Source: an uncultured Janthinobacterium sp.
GTDB taxonomy: Bacteria > Vulcanimicrobiota > Vulcanimicrobiia > Vulcanimicrobiales > Vulcanimicrobiaceae
Assembly: GCA_964658025.1 (NCBI GenBank)
Contig: CAZZXB010000039.1
Location: 1-12,203, forward strand
Direction of reading: 5' to 3'
Length of the DNA: 12,203 bases
Below are positions 8,229 through 12,203 of this stretch, piece by piece. Under the pieces are notes generated by a model that ran no database searches, had not been told where the DNA came from, and saw only the letters and a list, made by a program, of their open reading frames with translations. Position 1 is the first letter of the stretch, and each line of letters starts with the position of its first letter. The position numbers were made by a program, and so were the translations under genes.

Positions 8229-8271
8229 CCGCCGTCGCTCGGACGTATCGACCCTCGGCCGCCGCGCCGAG

Positions 8272-8296
8272 GTTCGACATCTCCGGGTTTGGGCAA
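8272..8296 (+). promoter_or_regulatory. SigB/SigF-type general-stress promoter upstream of the HAD gene
   Basis: GTTCGA-N13-GGGCAA ends 9 nt before ATG 8306. Same architecture as the motif at 9677-9701. Confidence 0.6.
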
Positions 8297-8305
8297 CGAG
8301 CGGAC

Positions 8306-8995
8306 ATGACGGATCCGAAATCCGGAGGCGGCACGCTGCGAGCGGTCCTACTGGATGTCGACGGGACGTTGCTCGAAAGCAACGACGCGCATGCCGCGGC
8401 GTGGAGCGACGCGAGCCGCGAACTCGGTTTCGATCTGGGGCCCGAGTTTTTTCGACCGCTCATCGGTATGGGAAGCGACGGCGTCCTTCCCCGTATCTCT
8501 CCCGGCCTCGACGAAGCGACCGAACCCGGCCGCACGATCGCCGAACGGAATTCGCAGATCTACAAGCAACGCTATTTTTCCGCCGTCCGTCCGACGCGAG
8601 GCGCTCGAGCGCTCGTCGAACGTTTTGCGGCCGAGGGCTGGTCGTGCGTCGTCGCGACGTCGGCATCGCGTGAAGACGTCGACGCGTCCCTCGAACGCAT
8701 CGGAATCGCCGACCTCGTGTGCGTCGGCGCCGAAAGCGACGACGTGGAGGCGAGTAAACCCGCCCCGGACATCGTGTCGACGGCGCTCCGAACGGCCGGA
8801 CTTCACGCGAGCGATGCCTTCATGCTCGGCGATACGCCGTACGACATCGCCGCCGCGTCGGCGGCCGGCGTCGCCTCGGTGATGCTGCGTTGCGGCGGGT
8901 GGGGCGAGGCCCAACTCGCTCGCGCGATCTCGATCTACGACGACCCGCACGACATGCTCGAACGTTTCGATTGGGGCGGCCGCACGCTCTCGTGA
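8306..8995 (+). CDS. HAD-superfamily hydrolase (subfamily IA phosphatase-like)
   Basis: Motif I LLDVDGTL, motif II VATSA, motif III SKPAPD, motif IV MLGDTPYDI. Confidence 0.95.
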   Translation: MTDPKSGGGTLRAVLLDVDGTLLESNDAHAAAWSDASRELGFDLGPEFFRPLIGMGSDGVLPRISPGLDEATEPGRTIAERNSQIYKQRYFSAVRPTRGARALVERFAAEGWSCVVATSASREDVDASLERIGIADLVCVGAESDDVEASKPAPDIVSTALRTAGLHASDAFMLGDTPYDIAAASAAGVASVMLRCGGWGEAQLARAISIYDDPHDMLERFDWGGRTLS

Positions 8996-8998
8996 TGC

Positions 8999-9024
8999 CG
9001 GCGCACGATCCGCGTCGTGCGCCG
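8999..9024. terminator. Perfect 10-bp hairpin between convergent genes (likely bidirectional terminator, no adjacent U-tract)
   Basis: CGGCGCACGA-tccgcg-TCGTGCGCCG lies 3 nt after the HAD stop and 30 nt from the DUF892 stop. Confidence 0.65.
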
Positions 9025-9054
9025 ACCTGCCTCTTTCCGTCGCTCGGGGGCACG

Positions 9055-9621
9055 CTACGCGCGCGCCCCTCCGACCTTCCAAGCTTCTTCGACGTTGCCT
9101 TCGGCTTCGGAGACTGCCGACGTCGCGACGGCGGCACCCTCATTCTCCAACTCGCCGAGCACGACCGACGGGAGCGTGTGGCTGATCTTCATGACGATCG
9201 ACGCGAAGTCGGTGAGATGACGCTTCGCGAGCGACGCGGTTTCGGGGTCGCTCATTCCGAGTGCTGCGGTATTGAGCATCGTGTACCCCGCCGACGACAG
9301 GCAGAGCGCCGCATAATCGTCGCGGAGATTTTTCGAGACCTCCGTCTTGCGCATCTTATCGATCGCTCCGGCGACGGCACCTACCGCCGACGTGACTCCC
9401 GATTTCACACCCTCGCCTGCGTGCCCGCCGAGCGCCTCGAGCCGTGCGTTCAACGATTCGATATGCGCCTCGACCGTGCGGAGCGCTTCGTCGACGCACG
9501 CCTTCGCTCGGGGAAATGCGTTTACGTCGGCGTCCTCCGCCTGCATCTTCAGCGGCTGTAGTTGATGGTTTTCGAGAGCGAGCATGTCGCTAACGTAGGT
9601 CTTCATCGTCGGAGCACTCAT
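9055..9621 (-). CDS. Ferritin-like stress protein, DUF892/YciE-YciF-like (188 aa)
   Basis: YVSDMLALENH, HIESLNARLEALGG, KNLRDDY and GYTMLNTAA give a four-helix ferritin-like pattern. ATG 9621 has SD GAAAGG (9628-9633). Confidence 0.8.
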   Translation of the reverse strand: MSAPTMKTYVSDMLALENHQLQPLKMQAEDADVNAFPRAKACVDEALRTVEAHIESLNARLEALGGHAGEGVKSGVTSAVGAVAGAIDKMRKTEVSKNLRDDYAALCLSSAGYTMLNTAALGMSDPETASLAKRHLTDFASIVMKISHTLPSVVLGELENEGAAVATSAVSEAEGNVEEAWKVGGARA

Positions 9622-9676
9622 GTGTGGCCTTTCGTTTCGTGGTGGCGTCTTCGCAATCGGCGACGTACGGAGCCGC

Positions 9677-9701
9677 GTACCCAACATGGTCGCTTTCGAA
9701 C
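9677..9701 (-). promoter_or_regulatory. SigB/SigF-type general-stress promoter for the DUF892-like gene
   Basis: Minus strand GTTCGA-N13-GGGTAC, about 55 nt upstream of the start. Close to the Bacillus SigB / mycobacterial SigF consensus GTTT-N15-17-GGGTA. Confidence 0.65.
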
Positions 9702-9775
9702 GGCGTGCGGGCGATCCGGTCGCTCATTCATTATTTATGTACCAAAACGAACGTTAATGAGTGTCGCCGATTTTA

Positions 9776-9801
9776 AAGGCATCGCGTTCGAAGGCATCGC
9801 G
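9776..9801. repeat. 11-bp direct repeat AAGGCATCGCG x2 (period 15)
   Basis: Exact copies at 9776-9786 and 9791-9801, next to an AT-rich patch. Confidence 0.7.
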
Positions 9802-10059
9802 GAGCAGCACCGAACGCCGCAGTGCAAACGCACTCCCGCAGCTTCGGAGTTCCTCGCCTTGAGGCACGCCATTCGACGAGCGTCTGCTCTTCGAGGTCCG
9901 AAACGAAGGGGGGGCGTGGATCCATCGCTCCGGCGATTCGCCCGGGGGGAGCTCTCGATGCTCCGTTCTCATCTCCAGCTCGCGGTCGAAACGTCGGCCG
10001 GATCCGGCGGCGACACGCCGTTCGAGCGTCGACCCGCATACGCGTCCGTCCGAAGATGC

Positions 10060-10083
10060 GTACGTCGCGAGCGAAGCGGGAAC
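10060..10083 (+). promoter_or_regulatory. Weaker SigB/SigF-like promoter for the rhodanese-Rieske-dps unit
   Basis: GTACGT-N12-GGGAAC ends 10 nt before ATG 10094. No clear SD. Confidence 0.35.
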
Positions 10084-10093
10084 GTGGGTCGCG

Positions 10094-10483
10094 ATGGATA
10101 GCAATTACGAGCCCGCTACGATCGACGTCGATGCGTTAGCGAAACGAATCGACGCACAAGACGTTTTCGTCGTCGACGTACGATCGACCGACCACGGCGA
10201 CCAGATCTTCGGATCGATCCGCTACAAGCCGAAAAGGCTCGAAGACGCCTCGCATCTCGTGCTTCCCCTTCCGAAAGGCTCCGGCCTGATCGTTCTCTAC
10301 GACGAGGACGGCTCGAGCAAACGCGTTTTCCAGATAGCGCGCAAACTCGCCGCGGAGGGTTACGGCGAGATTCGAACGCTCGCCGGCGGTTTCGCCGCGT
10401 GGAAGTCGGCCGACGGGAAGATGCAAGAGCGCTCGATGGAGCAGCCGATTCCCGGCGTCACCGAACACCAGACGAGCCGTTAG
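10094..10483 (+). CDS. Single-domain rhodanese-like protein lacking the catalytic Cys
   Basis: VVDVRS, QIFGS (equivalent to HIPGA), IVLYDEDG (Asp at the Cys position) and LAGGFAAW. Confidence 0.88.
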   Translation: MDSNYEPATIDVDALAKRIDAQDVFVVDVRSTDHGDQIFGSIRYKPKRLEDASHLVLPLPKGSGLIVLYDEDGSSKRVFQIARKLAAEGYGEIRTLAGGFAAWKSADGKMQERSMEQPIPGVTEHQTSR

Positions 10484-10484
10484 C

Positions 10485-11378
10485 GTGCTCAATCCCGAAT
10501 TTCTCGATCGACGGCGCCTGTCGTCGCGGATCGCCGCGATCCCCGCGCTCGGCGCTCTCGCGGACGTCGTCCAGCCGACGATCCGTCGGGCTCGCGATGC
10601 GAACCCGCTCGCGAAGTCGGCGCTCGCCGGAACGTGGCTCGGCCATTCGCTCCATCCGATGCTCACCGACGTTCCCATCGGGGCGTTCACCGTGCTGGCG
10701 GCGCTCGACGTCGCGGAACTCTTCGGCGCGCAGGACATGCGCCGCGCCGGAGAGATCACGCTCGGCGTCGCGATCGTGGGAGCGTACGCGTCGATCGTGA
10801 CGGGCTGGGCCGATTGGGCCGACACGAGCGAACAACCGAAGAAGGTGGGCATCGCGCACGCGCTCCTCAACGGATCGGGCATGCTCGCCTATCAGGCGTC
10901 GCTCGCGATGCGTCGGACGGGCCGACGCCGGCCGGCTATCGCGGCCGCCTTCGTCGGATATGCGTTCGTCGCGCTCGGATCGTATCTCGGTGGCGAACTC
11001 ACGACCGCGATGCAGATCGGCATCCGACACACGGCTACCGTGATCCCTCCGCCGGACGACTTCGTCGACGTGGCCGCCATGGCGGATGTCCCCGAGGACG
11101 GATGGTTACGCGCCGACGCGAACGGCACGCCCGTCCTCATCGCGCGCGACGGCGACGGATTCTCGGCCGTGGGCGCGGTGTGCTCGCATCGGGGCGCACC
11201 GCTCGACGAAGGCACGCGCGAGGGCGATTGCGTCCGCTGCCCGTGGCACGGCGCCCGTTTCTCCCTGCGCGACGGCGCGGTTCTCGAAGGACCGGCCGTA
11301 TTCGCATTACCGACGTACGTCGTCCGCGCGACCGACGGACGGATCGGCGTGCGCGCCGACGCGAAACGACGAGGATGA
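10485..11378 (+). CDS. DUF2231-type membrane domain fused to a Rieske [2Fe-2S] ferredoxin
   Basis: N-terminal GTWLGHSLHPMLTDVPIG, TGWADW, GIAHALLN and YLGGEL with ~4 TM helices. C-terminal CSHRG...CPWHG. GTG start is 1 nt after the rhodanese stop. Confidence 0.92.
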   Translation: MLNPEFLDRRRLSSRIAAIPALGALADVVQPTIRRARDANPLAKSALAGTWLGHSLHPMLTDVPIGAFTVLAALDVAELFGAQDMRRAGEITLGVAIVGAYASIVTGWADWADTSEQPKKVGIAHALLNGSGMLAYQASLAMRRTGRRRPAIAAAFVGYAFVALGSYLGGELTTAMQIGIRHTATVIPPPDDFVDVAAMADVPEDGWLRADANGTPVLIARDGDGFSAVGAVCSHRGAPLDEGTREGDCVRCPWHGARFSLRDGAVLEGPAVFALPTYVVRATDGRIGVRADAKRRG

Positions 11379-11462
11379 CGCGGCGGCATACCGGCGTCCT
11401 CTCGCGATACCGCATCGACCGAGACGACGACCCAGATCATCACCCATGCCGAAGGAGACACT

Positions 11463-12044
11463 ATGGCGACACAACCGAAAACCCCGACGAAGCGCGGCGC
11501 GTCCGCGAACGATCGTAGCGAAGTCCAAGCGTTCGGAACGCTCAAGAGCCTCGCGATCGGACTCGAGGAGGACGCGCGACGCGAGAGTTGCGAGCGGCTC
11601 AACGCGGTCCTCGCGAATACGATCTTTCTCGCCGCGCTCTACAAAAAATTTCACTGGCTGATGCGCGGCGCGACGTTCTACCAATTGCATCTGCTTCTCG
11701 ACAAACATGCCGCCGAGCAATACGCGCTCGTCGACGAACTCGCGGAGCGCGTACAGAAGCTCGGAGGCATCGCCGTCGGCGATCCGCGTCACGCCGCCGA
11801 TCTCACCGATATCCCGCGTCCGCCGGACGGCGCTCCGGGCGTTCCGGCGATGTTGCAGGGTCTGCTCGACGCGCACGAATCGACGATCAAGCGCGTGCGA
11901 GATGCCATCGACGCGACGGACGAAAACGACGACGAGGGAAGTAACGATCTCCTCGTCAGCTCCGTGCTCCGGACGAACGAAACGCAGGTTTGGTACGTCT
12001 CGGAACATCTCGATCCGACGCCGATCGTCACGAGTCGGAACTAA
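11463..12044 (+). CDS. dps: DNA starvation/stationary-phase protection protein Dps
   Basis: Ferroxidase pattern KFHW.MRG.TFYQLHLLLD...VDELAERVQKLGG, C-terminal NETQVWYVSEHL and basic N-terminal tail. SD AAGGAG at 11452-11457. Confidence 0.95.
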   Translation: MATQPKTPTKRGASANDRSEVQAFGTLKSLAIGLEEDARRESCERLNAVLANTIFLAALYKKFHWLMRGATFYQLHLLLDKHAAEQYALVDELAERVQKLGGIAVGDPRHAADLTDIPRPPDGAPGVPAMLQGLLDAHESTIKRVRDAIDATDENDDEGSNDLLVSSVLRTNETQVWYVSEHLDPTPIVTSRN

Positions 12045-12203
12045 GCGCGAGCGCGCGCCGACGCGGCGGAACGCAGCGACGCGACGACGCGCAACGCGTC
12101 CATCGTGCGCCACGAGACGACGCACCGTTCGGGTAATCAGCCGCGGCGTCGCGCGCGGGACACCGCCGAGTGCCTCGCGCGAGCGGCGTCGACGCGCGCC
12201 GCG

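Noticed and set aside
9622..9687. Upstream ATG (9687) for the DUF892-like gene
   Set aside because: It lies inside the predicted promoter spacer, whereas ATG 9621 has an SD.
9776..9801. Direct repeat as a CRISPR remnant or insertion target-site duplication
   Set aside because: Only two 11-bp copies 4 nt apart; no spacers, cas genes or transposase.
9562..10139. Longer ORFs spanning the intergenic region (179, 116 and 105 aa)
   Set aside because: They overlap real genes or promoters, cross the AT-rich patch, have atypical composition and show no motifs.
12131..12136. GGGTAA as another SigB-like -10 box
   Set aside because: No GTT-type -35 at the right spacing and no downstream gene visible in the window.
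12045..12203. GC-rich imperfect inverted repeats and a possible 3' end of a minus-strand gene (TGA at 12137-12139)
   Set aside because: Low-complexity CG runs pair by chance, and there is too little sequence to support a CDS or terminator.

Overview
High-GC bacterial DNA rich in CG-centred palindromes. Style and gene content suggest a soil lineage such as Eremiobacterota/Vulcanimicrobiota, but this is inference only. The window has three blocks. (1) The 3' part of a dnaK-grpE-dnaJ operon, with a strong hairpin after dnaK and a J-protein that keeps only two of the four CxxCxGxG repeats. (2) An accessory cell-envelope block: a ~767-aa lipoprotein that appears to carry a caspase/CHAT/gingipain-like (clan CD) His-Cys peptidase domain plus an IPT/TIG-like domain, a divergent membrane-anchored lysozyme/transglycosylase-like protein, and a LolA-like secreted protein. 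(3) A general-stress/iron-oxidative-stress island: a His/acid-rich membrane protein, a HAD hydrolase, a DUF892-type ferritin-like protein, a Cys-less rhodanese, a DUF2231-Rieske fusion and Dps. Two of these genes share a SigB/SigF-type promoter motif (GTTCGA-N13-GGGYA), and several look leaderless. No rRNA, tRNA, CRISPR array or mobile element was recognised. All family calls come from motif recognition by eye, not database searches.
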